35,554 nucleotides of DNA from Octopus bimaculoides (taxonomy: Eukaryota), in the NCBI RefSeq assembly GCF_001194135.2, contig NC_069003.1, positions 6,445,750 through 6,481,303 on the forward strand, given 5' to 3'. A program made the position numbers and the translations under genes. The notes under the pieces are model-generated. The model ran no database searches and was not told the DNA's origin. It saw only the letters and a list, made by a program, of their open reading frames with translations. Positions 1-11,345 of the stretch are shown here, one piece after another. The stretch's first letter is position 1. Each line of letters begins with the position of its first letter.

Positions 1-19
1 GTATATATGTATGTATACT

Positions 20-57
<38 letters not shown>

Positions 58-369
58 TATACATGTTTATATAATTATACATATGAATATATATGTATAT
101 ATATATATACATATATAAATATACATATATATATGTCAGTAAATGGTGTATATATATATAGCATATTTGTGGTGTGTATACATTCTTATATTTACACACA
201 CACACATACAAATAGATACGCACACAAAAACTCCACACACACACATAGACATGCATGCGCACACACATACACACACATATATACACACGTATATACTTAT
301 ATATATATACCCATACACACACACACACACATATATACACACGTATATACTTATATATATATATATACC

Positions 370-449
<80 letters not shown>

Positions 450-505
450 ATCATGTATATGTATATATGTGTGTGTGTATATACATACACACACACGCTT
501 ATTTT
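1..505. repeat. Compound (TA)n/(CA)n/(TACA)n microsatellite
   Basis: Dinucleotide runs throughout; includes a duplicated ~55-bp unit (acacatatatacacacgtatatacttatatatatatacccata) at ~273-314 and ~327-372. Confidence 0.95.
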
Positions 506-789
506 TACACACGAACGTACAATCATTCCAGTGACCCTACAAGAGATGGAGATTTCATATCAATCGGTTGTTTATTTATTTACTTCCTATTGTTTTATTT
601 TATTTATTTTCTTATTTACTTTCTAAATATAGTCATTCCCTCCCTCCTTCCGCATGTGATATAAACAGAATCATCGAATATCGCTCGGTGGGTGGCGGTG
701 CTGCACTCTAGCGAGTTTCATTGTTATTCGGGTGTTTTATATATTTACTTCATTTAAGATATACACTCACTGAAACACGTATACAAACA

Positions 790-797
790 CACACGCT

Positions 798-896
<99 letters not shown>

Positions 897-1013
897 TACA
901 TATACATGTATAAGTATATATATAAATATACATATATAATACACACACACACACATATATATATATACTTATACATATTTGTAAATATTTATTTGTGTGT
1001 ATATATGTGTATG

Positions 1014-1046
<33 letters not shown>

Positions 1047-1092
1047 ATATATGTATGTATATGTATGTATATATATGTATATATATATATAT
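790..1092. repeat. (CA)n/(TA)n/(TG)n microsatellite
   Basis: Long pure CA run at ~800-878 followed by mixed TA/TG runs. Confidence 0.95.
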
Positions 1093-1141
1093 CAAAGTGT
1101 AACCACGTGCGTATCGTTGGCGATTTTCTTCCTCCGTCTTG

Positions 1142-1431
1142 CTAATTCGAAGACTACAGATCCATTCCCTCACTGGAACTGTAATAATCTGTAAAACTTT
1201 CCAGAAGTTTATCATTTAAATATGTATGAGCATGTCTAGACATGTAACTATATGCATGAGAATATATACATAAAACATACAAATCTGCACATACATACAT
1301 ACATACATACATACAAAAATACCCTGTTGTTGATGTCGAAATTCCTATGAAGGTGCCTTGAATCTAGGTTAGAGACCGGTTCTTTCTCTGTTGACAAGAA
1401 ATCTTGAAATAAACTGAATAATGACATACAT
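1142..1431 (+). mobile_element. 5'-truncated RLE-type non-LTR retrotransposon (R4/Dong-like), 3' end, copy 1
   Basis: Translates LIRRLQIHSLTGTVIICKTFQKFII* (stop 1217-1219), then a 3'UTR with AATAAA (1408-1413) and a gacatacat tail; closely matches 10538-10825. Confidence 0.8.
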
Positions 1432-1446
1432 GCATGTATACAGTAA

Positions 1447-1841
1447 TGGTCAGTTGTTCTGTTGATGTGAATATCTCTTTGAAAATCGAAAAGAAAGAAG
1501 ATAATCACGGACCACGGCTTCGAAACTGTAAGGTTCTATATCCGGATTACAAATTCACATTTATACCAATAATAATCGGAACACATGGTTTTGGAAATAA
1601 ATGCCTAACTGTAAGTCTGGATAAGCTCGGATGTTCAGAAAAAGAAATCAGCCAACTGATTCGCACATTACAAATACAATCCGTAAGCGGAACAGTATAA
1701 AACTACGCAAAATTTTTCTCAGGTTTAAAACGTGACATCCTTTTCGTTATCAACATTCTAAGATGGAACATATCTTTGTTAGAAACTAGCCACTTCTTCA
1801 GAGGAAGAATTTAGATGATTGAAAACAGAAAAGACATACAT
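1447..1841 (+). mobile_element. RLE-type non-LTR retrotransposon C-terminus plus 3'UTR, copy 2 (divergent subfamily)
   Basis: ORF 1434-1700: VSCSVDVNISLKIEKKEDNHGPRLRNCKVLYPDYKFTFIPIIIGTHG...LQIQSVSGTV, then a degraded KICKTFLRF-like end. This is the typical C-terminus following the restriction-like endonuclease of R4/Dong-type elements. Ends in gacatacat (1833-1841). Confidence 0.75.
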
Positions 1842-1859
1842 ATGTAAATGGTTACACTG

Positions 1860-2260
1860 AAAACGGTCTGGTGGATGAATTGACTTTTCAGCACATGCGA
1901 TTTGCATCGGATGACCTCGTGCACTGCACTTCTGATAGTCATTTCCGACATCTGACGTTCTTTGGCAATGGCCCTAAGTGATATTCTGCGATCATCACTG
2001 ATAGTATTTTGGACCCTTTGAATGAATTGCCGTGCCCTAATAGTTCCCTAACGTTTAGAATGTCGTCCTTATTTGAAAGAATTGAAACATTCTCGCCAGA
2101 GAGTTCCACTTCCATCCAAACTTTGCGTACAAAAAGTCTTGCAGCATTCAGAAAGTTGGCTATTTCCAAATCACTGTGGCAATGAAGCATTGGGGCAATA
2201 TATGGCAATAAAGACAGCAGGCATTTTAAATTCATTTGTTACCATTTTAACTACCATGGT
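1860..2260 (-). mobile_element. Degenerate Tc1/mariner (maT-like) transposase, N-terminal DNA-binding region
   Basis: Minus strand HSDLEIANFLNAARLFVRKVWMEVE, then after a frameshift RHSKR*GTIRARQFIQRVQNTISDDRRISLRAIAKERQMSEMTIRSAVHEVIRCKSHVLKSQFI; paired-like HTH pattern of IS630-Tc1-mariner transposases. Confidence 0.75.
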
Positions 2261-2486
2261 GAATCTCAAAGAAGCAAAATCTTTTAATTAATTTCAAGAG
2301 ATAATAAAATGTCCTTAAATATCCCTCGCAGCCTGTGCATATATTCTAGAGTATTCGTTTCCGTTGACTTCAACACAAGTCGAAATATGGTCACAAGTCT
2401 CTTTGGGAATTTTCTTTCAGACAAAAATATCACTGCCAGTGCCGTTCCACATTTGTATACACATTATGAATGTTATGCACACCAAT

Positions 2487-2518
<32 letters not shown>

Positions 2519-2847
2519 GTGTATGTATGTATTTGTTAGAATGCAGGACACTAATTCATAAAATATTGTTTATGTTGAATACAGTACTTATGTCAATTAA
2601 GACTATTGGCTCCTCTCCCGTGTTAGACATTCTTCGTGTTTTTTTTCTTTACCACGTGATACATTACTATATTGGAATGAAGGAGTGAATGAAAGGATTT
2701 GCTGATAGTCTTTTGCGTATCTAAAGATCCAGTGTTCTTCTACGCGACACTTAATAATGAATTCCCAACCATATAAATCACATCAATTTAGGATGACCTA
2801 CAAACGCCATGTTTATTTTTCCTTCTTTACTAACTAACTTAATAAAC

Positions 2848-2899
2848 ACAACAACGGCAACAACTACAACAACAACAGCAACAACTACAACAACAACAC
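2848..2899. repeat. (ACA)n trinucleotide repeat
   Basis: Imperfect acaacaacg/aca run. Confidence 0.9.
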
Positions 2900-3104
2900 T
2901 GGCATCTGCGATCGTATTTTGGATCTTAGTGCGCATGTATCGCGGTCGGCAATATTTATATAATTTTATGAATAGAAAACTTTCCAGAAAACACCGTCTA
3001 TTGAAGAATTCATCGGCACCAATTTATATTGTATATATAGAAGAAAGATTTCATCAAATGATGTCAGTGGAACTAAACACCACAAGAAGGAATTTGTGTC
3101 ATAT

Positions 3105-3172
3105 ATACGCATATATACATATGTACATACCTATATAGATACATGTCTACACACACACACACGCATACATAC

Positions 3173-3255
<83 letters not shown>

Positions 3256-3568
3256 CATACACAAACATACACACACACACACATATATATATGTGTGTGT
3301 GTAGAGTAGAGGTGGAACATGTTAATTCCTCTGTACAATATTTCACATTCGCACACGTAACTAGTCTATAAAAACGGTTTCTAACAGAGTCAGAAGACCG
3401 GCAATCGGGCACACACACACAAACACACAAACACACACACGCACACACAACCACATGCACGCACATATATGTATGTACATGACGGCCTCTGTATATATGA
3501 GTATATATGTATTTATATATCATATATGTATATATATATATATATACGTACAAATACATATATATACA

Positions 3569-3646
<78 letters not shown>

Positions 3647-3780
3647 ATGCGGTTGACTTTTGTTATTCAAGTATTGTTTCTCTCATTAATTATTCGTGTA
3701 TATGCGTGGGTCTGTGTGCAGGTGTGTATGTATATGAATATATATGTACGCGTGTGTATATGAATATATATGTACGCGTG

Positions 3781-3815
<35 letters not shown>

Positions 3816-4642
3816 NNNNNNNNNNNNNNNNNNNNNNNNNNNNNNNNNNNNNNNNNNNNNNNNNNNNNNNNNNNNNNNNNNNNNNNNNNNNNNNNNNNNN
3901 NNNNNNNNNNNNNNNNNNNNNNNNNNNNNNNNNNNNNNNNNNNNNNNNNNNNNNNNNNNNNNNNNNNNNNNNNNNNNNNNNNNNNNNNNNNNNNNNNNNN
4001 NNNNNNNNNNNNNNNNNNNNNNNNNNNNNNNNNNNNNNNNNNNNNNNNNNNNNNNNNNNNNNNNNNNNNNNNNNNNNNNNNNNNNNNNNNNNNNNNNNNN
4101 NNNNNNNNNNNNNNNNNNNNNNNNNNNNNNNNNNNNNNNNNNNNNNNNNNNNNNNNNNNNNNNNNNNNNNNNNNNNNNNNNNNNNNNNNNNNNNNNNNNN
4201 NNNNNNNNNNNNNNNNNNNNNNNNNNNNNNNNNNNNNNNNNNNNNNNNNNNNNNNNNNNNNNNNNNNNNNNNNNNNNNNNNNNNNNNNNNNNNNNNNNNN
4301 NNNNNNNNNNNNNNNNNNNNNNNNNNNNNNNNNNNNNNNNNNNNNNNNNNNNNNNNNNNNNNNNNNNNNNNNNNNNNNNNNNNNNNNNNNNNNNNNNNNN
4401 NNNNNNNNNNNNNNNNNNNNNNNNNNNNNNNNNNNNNNNNNNNNNNNNNNNNNNNNNNNNNNNNNNNNNNNNNNNNNNNNNNNNNNNNNNNNNNNNNNNN
4501 NNNNNNNNNNNNNNNNNNNNNNNNNNNNNNNNNNNNNNNNNNNNNNNNNNNNNNNNNNNNNNNNNNNNNNNNNNNNNNNNNNNNNNNNNNNNNNNNNNNN
4601 NNNNNNNNNNNNNNNNNNNNNNNNNNNNNNNNNNNNNNNNNN

Positions 4643-4681
<39 letters not shown>

Positions 4682-4712
4682 GTATATATATGTATATGTA
4701 TGTATGTATATG

Positions 4713-4750
<38 letters not shown>

Positions 4751-4941
4751 AATACATATATGTATATGTATATAATATATATATACAATAATTATATACA
4801 TACATACAATATATATACATATATACAATATATATATATAGATACACATATATGCATTTATACATACGTTTATATGAGCGCACACTCAACCCCTCCACAG
4901 ATATATGTATATACATGTGTTTATATATATATGTACACGTA

Positions 4942-4992
<51 letters not shown>

Positions 4993-5010
4993 ACTCACAC
5001 ACAATACACA
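3105..5010. repeat. Microsatellite block (TA, CA, TC) spanning gap 3816-4642
   Basis: Long TA, CA and CT runs with short unique interruptions (~3300-3410, ~3650-3725). Confidence 0.9.
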
Positions 5011-5319
5011 CACAAGCAGAATAGTGAAAACAAACACGCCACATAAAACAAACAATATCGCAACACCACCCCATCCCCCACTCAACCTCCCATCCGCCTC
5101 CTCCTCCTTCTTCTCGTCCTCCATATAATATCAACGACCAAAAACAAATAAACATGAGCAAAAAAAAAAAAGTCCAGCGCTCTAAATATATTGGAAAATT
5201 ATTAACAGATTTTTGACACGAAAATCTTGTAATAATTATTATATGTTGGTAAAGAGACAAGGCCAGACACTTTTGTGGGAGAAGGGGGATAGTTTATTGG
5301 GTGAAAAAGCTGCAGTAGA

Positions 5320-5380
5320 TAACTGGTACTTAATTATATCAGGAGAGGCTGACGAAGTCGACTGCAACAGGATTTGAACG
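5320..5380 (-). mobile_element. SINE family A fragment, degenerate
   Basis: aactggtacttaattatatc...aagtcgac...ggatttgaac matches the reverse complement of the 13279-13512 element. Confidence 0.55.
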
Positions 5381-5576
5381 GCGAAGGTGAAGGTAGAAGA
5401 GAGCCATCATCACCGCCATCAACAACAACCTCAATAATAATAATAATAATAATAGTCATAATAATAATAATGACGACGACGATGATGATGATGATAGTAA
5501 TACTTCTTTTTGCTACAGGCACAAGTTTTGGGGAAAAGGGGGACTAGACGATCATATCGACTCTAATTCTCAACTG

Positions 5577-5711
5577 TAACCTAGCAGTTTGGCAAAAGAC
5601 ACCGATAGAATAAGTACTAGGCTACAAAGAATAAGTTCTGCGGTCGATTTGCTCGACTATAAAGGCGGTGCTCCAGCATGGCCGCAGTCAAATGACTGAA
5701 ACAAGTAAAAG
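5577..5711 (+). mobile_element. SINE family B, 3' part
   Basis: ggcaaaagacaccgatagaataagtactagg...ggcggtgctccagcatggccgcagtcaaatgactgaaacaagtaaaag; near-identical to 6795-6953 and the reverse complement of 32290-32458. Confidence 0.85.
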
Positions 5712-5979
5712 CGTAACCACCACAGGCAGGTACTCTACAGGTGAGATACCCAACAGAAGAACACAATTCGCATTGCACACACAACACACAATACAAACGC
5801 TAACTAATGACTGCAGCCAAATCGCATCATGAAACAGACTGACGCAATTCAATACGAGGAGGAGTTTGCACTCCCTTAACGTGAAGAAAACAGAACATAC
5901 AATGCTGCACACACCTCAGCAACATGGAGGTGTAGCAAATGATGCAATAGATATCTGCCTGAAGCTATCAAATGTCAAA

Positions 5980-6075
5980 TGACGACGACGACAACAACAA
6001 CAACAATACCAACAACAGCAACACAACAAACAGTAGTAGTAGTAGTAGCAGCAACAGCAGTAGTAGCAGTAGTAA
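5980..6075. repeat. Mixed (GAC)/(AAC)/(AGT)/(AGC) trinucleotide repeats
   Basis: Direct reading of the sequence. Confidence 0.9.
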
Positions 6076-6184
6076 TTTGTTTTATTGGTCACAAAGCCCC
6101 AAGACATTGACAACCACATCAAAAGACAAAATACAACACAAAAAAGGTGAGGTTTACATCAATTTAAAGGAGAAAGCAATATAA

Positions 6185-6793
6185 ATTATATAACACAAGA
6201 TATAAAACTAGAATTCAGGAAGTAAATAAATAAATAAATAAAATCCACAACAGAGGGAGCGTCCTTCCAGGGTAATTCAGGGACCTCCTCCCCCCCACTA
6301 AAAAAGGCCCGGATAACTTTGCTATCTCCANNNNNNNNNNNNNNNNNNNNNNNNNNNNNNNNNNNNNNNNNNNNNNNNNNNNNNNNNNNNNNNNNNNNNN
6401 NNNNNNNNNNNNNNNNNNNNNNCAAACATTTGAAGAAACTATTGGAGTTTGAGCCATGTAGGAAAGTGTTTGTCCTCAAACCTTTCAGACGGGTTCACCA
6501 CATAACTTCTTTCACCATTGCCACCAAGCGGAGAATGCTCTGCCCACTTTATCTCTGAAGGAAAAGGATATGTTGATCTTCACTATAGATCCGGCGGACA
6601 GCCGGATTTTATCTTATATGAGTCAATCGTTGTTCGACACGAGCCTGATCGTAGATGATATACGGACACTGAACGACTGCTTGCAGGGAGGTTTCGTCCT
6701 CTTGTATGAGACTCGCAGAGGTTCGGCTGCTAGCACTTCTGTGACTGTTGAGGTTGTCTCGAACAGGAAATGTTCTCCCTTCGAAGCACAGCA
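6185..6793 (-). mobile_element. Tx1/L1-clade LINE, ORF2 C-terminal zinc-knuckle region plus probable 3'UTR (spans gap 6331-6422)
   Basis: Minus strand GRTFPVRDNLNSHRSASSRTSASLIQEDETSLQAVVQCP...IRLSAGSIVKI...LVAMVKEVMW*TRLKGLRTNTFLHGSNSNSFFK. Resembles the degenerate CPRC..EDET..H...C knuckle and downstream W-containing motif of Tx1 ORF2; contains stops and frameshifts. Confidence 0.65.
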
Positions 6794-6794
6794 A

Positions 6795-6953
6795 TGCTTG
6801 ACGACCGATGTTGGTGTATTTACGTCCTCGTAACCTAACGGTTCGGCAAAAGACACCGATAGGCTTACAAAGAATAAGTCCTGGGGTCGATTTGCTTGAC
6901 TAAAGGCCGTGCTTCAGCATGGCCCCAGTCAAATGACTGAAACATGTAAAGAG
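6795..6953 (+). mobile_element. SINE family B, 3' part
   Basis: tgcttgacgaccgatgttggtgtatttacgtcc...ggttcggcaaaagacaccgat...gtcaaatgactgaaacatgtaaagag. Confidence 0.85.
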
Positions 6954-7974
6954 TATATATATATATATATATATATATAAACTCTGCAACAAGTAGCCAA
7001 GATGAGAGGGAGAAGGACACACACAGATAAAGACAGAAATTGAAAGAAAGAGATAGCCAAATACATAGAATGAGAGAGAGAGAGAGAGGGGGGGATAGAG
7101 ACTATTAATATTCTAATAATAGGAACCTTGACGCAGTTACAATCTATGTTTGGGTGGCTTCGNNNNNNNNNNNNNNNNNNNNNNNNNNNNNNNNNNNNNN
7201 NNNNNNNNNNNNNNNNNNNNNNNNNNNNNNNNNNNNNNNNNNNNNNNNNNNNNNNNNNNNNNNNNNNNNNNNNNNNNNNNNNNNNNNNNNNNNNNNNNNN
7301 NNNNNNNNNNNNNNNNNNNNNNNNNNNNNNNNNNNNNNNNNNNNNNNNNNNNNNNNNNNNNNNNNNNNNNNNNNNNNNNNNNNNNNNNNNNNNNNNNNNN
7401 NNNNNNNNNNNNNNNNNNNNNNNNNNNNNNNNNNNNNNNNNNNNNNNNNNNNNNNNNNNNNNNNNNNNNNNNNNNNNNNNNNNNNNNNNNNNNNNNNNNN
7501 NNNNNNNNNNNNNNNNNNNNNNNNNNNNNNNNNNNNNNNNNNNNNNNNNNNNNNNNNNNNNNNNNNNNNNNNNNNNNNNNNNNNNNNNNNNNNNNNNNNN
7601 NNNNNNNNNNNNNNNNNNNNNNNNNNNNNNNNNNNNNNNNNNNNNNNNNNNNNNNNNNNNNNNNNNNNNNNNNNNNNNNNNNNNNNNNNNNNNNNNNNNN
7701 NNNNNNNNNNNNNNNNNNNNNNNNNNNNNNNNNNNNNNNNNNNNNNNNNNNNNNNNNNNNNNNNNNNNNNNNNNNNNNNNNNNNNNNNNNNNNNNNNNNN
7801 NNNNNNNNNNNNNNNNNNNNNNNNNNNNNNNNNNNNNNNNNNNNNNNNNNNNNNNNNNATATCACTTCAAATGTGTCGGTATTTTATTTTATTTTCTGAG
7901 TTCCAGTCGTGAACTCTCCACAGCTTCGTGACACATTTCTCCTTTCTCTTTTCTCCTTTCTTTGAACTGACAAA

Positions 7975-8681
7975 ACCCTTGACTTGCTTAAGCCCTTTGC
8001 CCCTTATGGAGCACAGACCATCGATGACTTTTCTCTCTTGTTCTCAACTCTGGGTGGGCTGTCTTTTCTGCTTCTCTCCGGTTAGATCCCTGCTTTTTCA
8101 GCTCAGTCTCAATATCCTGCCCCCCAGCCATCCTTTTAGATTTCGTTGCATTGAAGGAAGGCCCATCGGAGTTAATTTAATTGAATGAAATCCTTGAAGG
8201 TAGCGCCACAACATGGAAATAAAAACAGAATAAGAGGATACAGACGCAAGAAAAATAACGTGGTGAATGATCAGGATGTATAGTAGCGTCACCTGGTGCA
8301 GGGAATATAGAGGGCAACATGTGATGTATTACTGAACCCTTTTGCTCCTTATGTAGTGTAGGCCATCGATGGCGTTTCCCTATTGTTCTCAACTCTGGGT
8401 GGGCTGCCTTGTCTGCTTCTCTCCAGTTGGATCCCTGCTTCTTCAGTTCTGCCTTTGTATCTAGCTTCCAGCTATCCTTTTGGATTTTGCTACACTGAAG
8501 GAAGGTTTATCAGGGTTAATTTAACTGAATGAAACTCTTGAAGGTGGTAGCGTAGCATTGCAATTGAAAACAGAATATAAAAGAGTATAAAAGCAAGAAA
8601 AATAAAGTAGAAGAACAAATGTGGTAGAGTCATATGGTGTGGTGAATGTAGAGGGCAACATGTTATGTATTACTTACTGAA
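7975..8681 (-). repeat. Tandem duplication of a ~345-bp unit (RTE 3' end plus spacer)
   Basis: Units 7993-8336 and 8337-8681 align end to end. The minus strand of each encodes an RTE C-terminus (e.g. KDSWKLDTKAELKKQGSNWREADKAAH...AIDGLHYIRSK) ending in (c)agtaa/aagcaagtcaag tails. Confidence 0.8.
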
Positions 8682-9175
8682 GTCTTTTGATCCCTACAGA
8701 ACATAGGGAATCAAAGGCCTTTCTCTACTATTCTTGACTTTGGACTGTCTTTTCTGTTTCACTCCAGTTGGATCCCTGCTTTCCAGCTTTGCCTCACTAT
8801 TCCGCCTCCAGTTACTTCTAGGGAGTCCTCTTCCCGTCTTCCTCGTGAGTTTCCGGTTAGAACTTAACCTGTAATGCTGCATCGCGCCGAATGTTTCCAC
8901 GAGGGAAGGCCTTCCTCTCCTAGGTTATGTCGGTTTTTGAATTGTCATCGACGCTTCTGTAACTTTGTCTTTTTTTTTAGGTGTGTGTGTGTGGAGGGGG
9001 TGACCTTTAGCAAACCCATTTTTACCCCTGGGGAAGAAGCAGTCCATATTAGTCTGGCTTCTCACCTTTGACCTCTCCAGTATGGAATATCCGCTGGCAT
9101 AGTTCTAGTGGTCATGGAGGCACACAAACCGTCATATGGCAACAAAGGCCAAACTTTGCGATGGAAAGCACCCTT
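8682..9175 (-). mobile_element. RTE-clade element, internally deleted (5'UTR-like part joined to 3' end)
   Basis: 8682-8850 minus encodes RKTGRGLPRSNWRRNSEAKLE (RTE GRPR..WRR motif) with a cagtaagtaa tail. 8880-9175 contains cctttgacctctccagtatgg...ctggcatagttct...ggtcatggaggcacacaaacc, which resembles the reverse complement of RTE 5'UTRs (recognised from memory). Confidence 0.55.
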
Positions 9176-9182
9176 TTCCCTC

Positions 9183-9375
9183 AACTTTCAATAAACGTTT
9201 CCTTTCCTAAATATCAGAATCTTGTCCTTTACTTTCAATAAATGTCTCTATTCCTAAACATCAGGCCTTGTCTTTAGCTTTTAATAAACGCCCCCTTTCC
9301 TAAAAATCAGTCTTGCCCTGAACTTACAACAAACATCTCCATTTTCTAAAAATCATAGTCTTGCCTGAAATATCA
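9183..9375. repeat. Minisatellite, ~47-bp unit x4
   Basis: Recurring actttcaataaacg...ttcctaaa(a)atcag..cttg(t/c)c unit starting near 9183, 9231, 9277 and 9321. Confidence 0.8.
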
Positions 9376-9967
9376 GAATTTTCACAGCTTTCTAATACTA
9401 TAAATACACCTCATTTCATATCTTCAAAGAAGCTACCTGCCTAAAGCGGCAACAGTAACCATAACTCGAAACTAAAAAAAAAAATAGAAGAAAAGAAACA
9501 TTCATCAAAAGAAAGGTCAGTTATGACGTTAAGAAAACTCACCCCCCTCTATGGCATACAAACTTACTTTATTTTATGAGTTCCATTAAATATTTACTGC
9601 GAACACAGTTTCCTAGAAAACTATGGCGTTCCTTACAGACATAAATGCTCTTTCGCCATGTTCCTCCTGTTTAGCTGAACGCTGTGCGAGCATATAATGA
9701 AATTGTATGAGCAGACGATAGTATTTTTATATCCAACCCTTATTCAATTTCTGCCAATGAATTTTGTTTTGGTTTGTCTGTTTTTTTTTTCTTGTTTGCC
9801 TTTTTCTTTCCTCGTTTTATTTTGTATTCTAAATTCTTTCATGGTCTTATATTATTTTAGGTGAAACTTTATTCAAAGCGTCCCGTCGATATTAAAATGT
9901 ACTAAAAATTTAGAATGATTTGCTTTATGGAAATGACAACTATACAGGCACATATACACCCGTTCGT

Positions 9968-10029
<62 letters not shown>

Positions 10030-10349
10030 GTATATGTACAATCGTACATGATGATATGCAAAGACTTGCACTTATATACACACATGTATGTCTGTGTGTA
10101 TGTATGCATATACTCTCGTATATATATACATATAAGTGCATAACACATACACACACACACATATATGTATATATGTATGTATGTATATATATATATATAT
10201 ATATACATACATTCTTGTGTGCATATACCTATATACAAATACAAGTGTACTTATATGAATATCCAATGTCGGCATATACAAGTTCAAATAAGCATACAAG
10301 CATAGTTAAAGACACATACATACACAAAGACAAGCATACATACATACAT

Positions 10350-10825
10350 CATAAAACTGAAGATCAGTGAAAAAGGGAACACTTACGCTGAACTATTGAG
10401 AAATCTGCCGTTACGCTAACCAGATTACAAGTTGAGGTTTTTACCTGTAATTATTGGGGCCCTGCGATATACAACAAACTGCCTAAGTACCAATCTTGAG
10501 AAATTAGGCTCCAGAAAGGAGAAAGCTAACTGGAAGACTACAGATCCAATCCATCACTGGAACTGTAAAAATCTGTGAAACTTTCCAGAAGTTTATCATT
10601 TAAATATATATGAGCATGTCTAGATATGCAACTATATGCATGAGAATACATACATAAAGTAAACATACAAATCTGCACGTATACATACATAGATACAAAC
10701 AAAAATACCCTGTTGTTGAGGTTGAAATTCCTATGAAAGAGACTTGGATCTAGGTTTGAAATCGGTTCTTTCTCTATTGGCAAGAAATCTTGAAATAAAC
10801 TGAATAATGACATACATACATACAT
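10350..10825 (+). mobile_element. RLE-type non-LTR retrotransposon 3' end, copy 3
   Basis: KLKISEKGNTYAELLRNLPLR*PDYKLRFLPVIIGALRYTTNCLSTNLEKLGS.../LQIQSITGTVKICETFQKFII* (stop 10601-10603); AATAAA 10794-10799; (CATA)n tail 10811-10825. Confidence 0.85.
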
Positions 10826-10838
10826 AATACATACATGT

Positions 10839-10968
10839 AGGTCGACCTTGCCTGTCATCCGTTTTGGGGATCGATAAAATAAGAACCAGTTGAGCACTGG
10901 GAGGTCGATACATTCGACTTGACCCCATTCCTCGAAATCGCGGACCTTGTGTCAAAATTCAAAACCAA
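10839..10968 (+). mobile_element. SINE family A, 3' half
   Basis: ggtcgaccttgcctgtcatccgttttggggatcgataaaataagaaccagttgagcactggg. Confidence 0.75.
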
Positions 10969-10982
10969 ATACTTATACACAA

Positions 10983-11205
10983 GAAGGTGGCGAGCTGGTA
11001 GAATCGGGAGAATGCCGGACGAAACGCTTAGAGGCATTTTGTCCGTCATTACGTTCTCAGTTCAAATTCAATCAAGGTCGATATTGCCTTTCATCCGTTT
11101 TGGGGTCAATAAAATTAGTTCCAGTTTAGCAGTAGGGGTCGGCATAACCGACTTACTCTCTTCTCAGAAATCACTGACGCCTTACCAATATTCGAAACCA
11201 ATAAT
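10983..11205 (+). mobile_element. tRNA-derived SINE family A, full length, diverged
   Basis: Head ggtggcgagctggtagaatcg (A-box-like) and cagttcaaattc (B-box-like), then the same body as 13279-13512. Confidence 0.8.
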
Positions 11206-11236
11206 TAGACGCAAGCCATATCAACAAATATCTTCC

Positions 11237-11345
11237 GACCGTGGCCATCTCGTTGTATATTCTTTCCAAACATAGTCAGCAGTATTCGGTAGGGGATGAA
11301 TTGAGGGAGAATTTGGCTGCTGTTTATAGCAAGTTGGGCAACTAT
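11237..11345 (+). mobile_element. Unclassified dispersed repeat (family E) fragment
   Basis: aattgagggagaatttggctgctgtttatagcaag matches 23643-23678 (aatttgaggagaatttgattgctatttctagcaa); the ccgtggccatc motif also recurs near 22500 and 32468. Confidence 0.5.

Noticed and set aside
7-1215. Long ORFs rich in Y/I/H/T/C/V (also at 3096-3763, 9873-10370, 26195-26845, 29869-30277, 33138-34036)
   Set aside because: Translations of TA/CA/TG dinucleotide repeats, which lack stop codons in several frames; no domain content.
3469-5128. ORFs of 250-450 aa spanning N runs (also around 7163, 12219, 14500, 25281, 26858, 28711, 31341)
   Set aside because: Open only because N codons are not stops.
6462-6833. 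Plus-strand 124-codon open frame (includes MLIFTIDPADSRILS...)
   Set aside because: Antisense shadow of the minus-strand Tx1 C-terminus, ending inside a SINE.
9183-9375. CRISPR-like periodic repeat (also 17213-17430)
   Set aside because: Units are wholly homologous and degenerate, with no constant-repeat/unique-spacer pattern; eukaryotic context and no cas genes.
9612-9680. Possible minus-strand micro-exon (aacag|GAGGAACATGGCG...TCT|gtaagg)
   Set aside because: Poor polypyrimidine tract, 30 nt only, no recognisable peptide.
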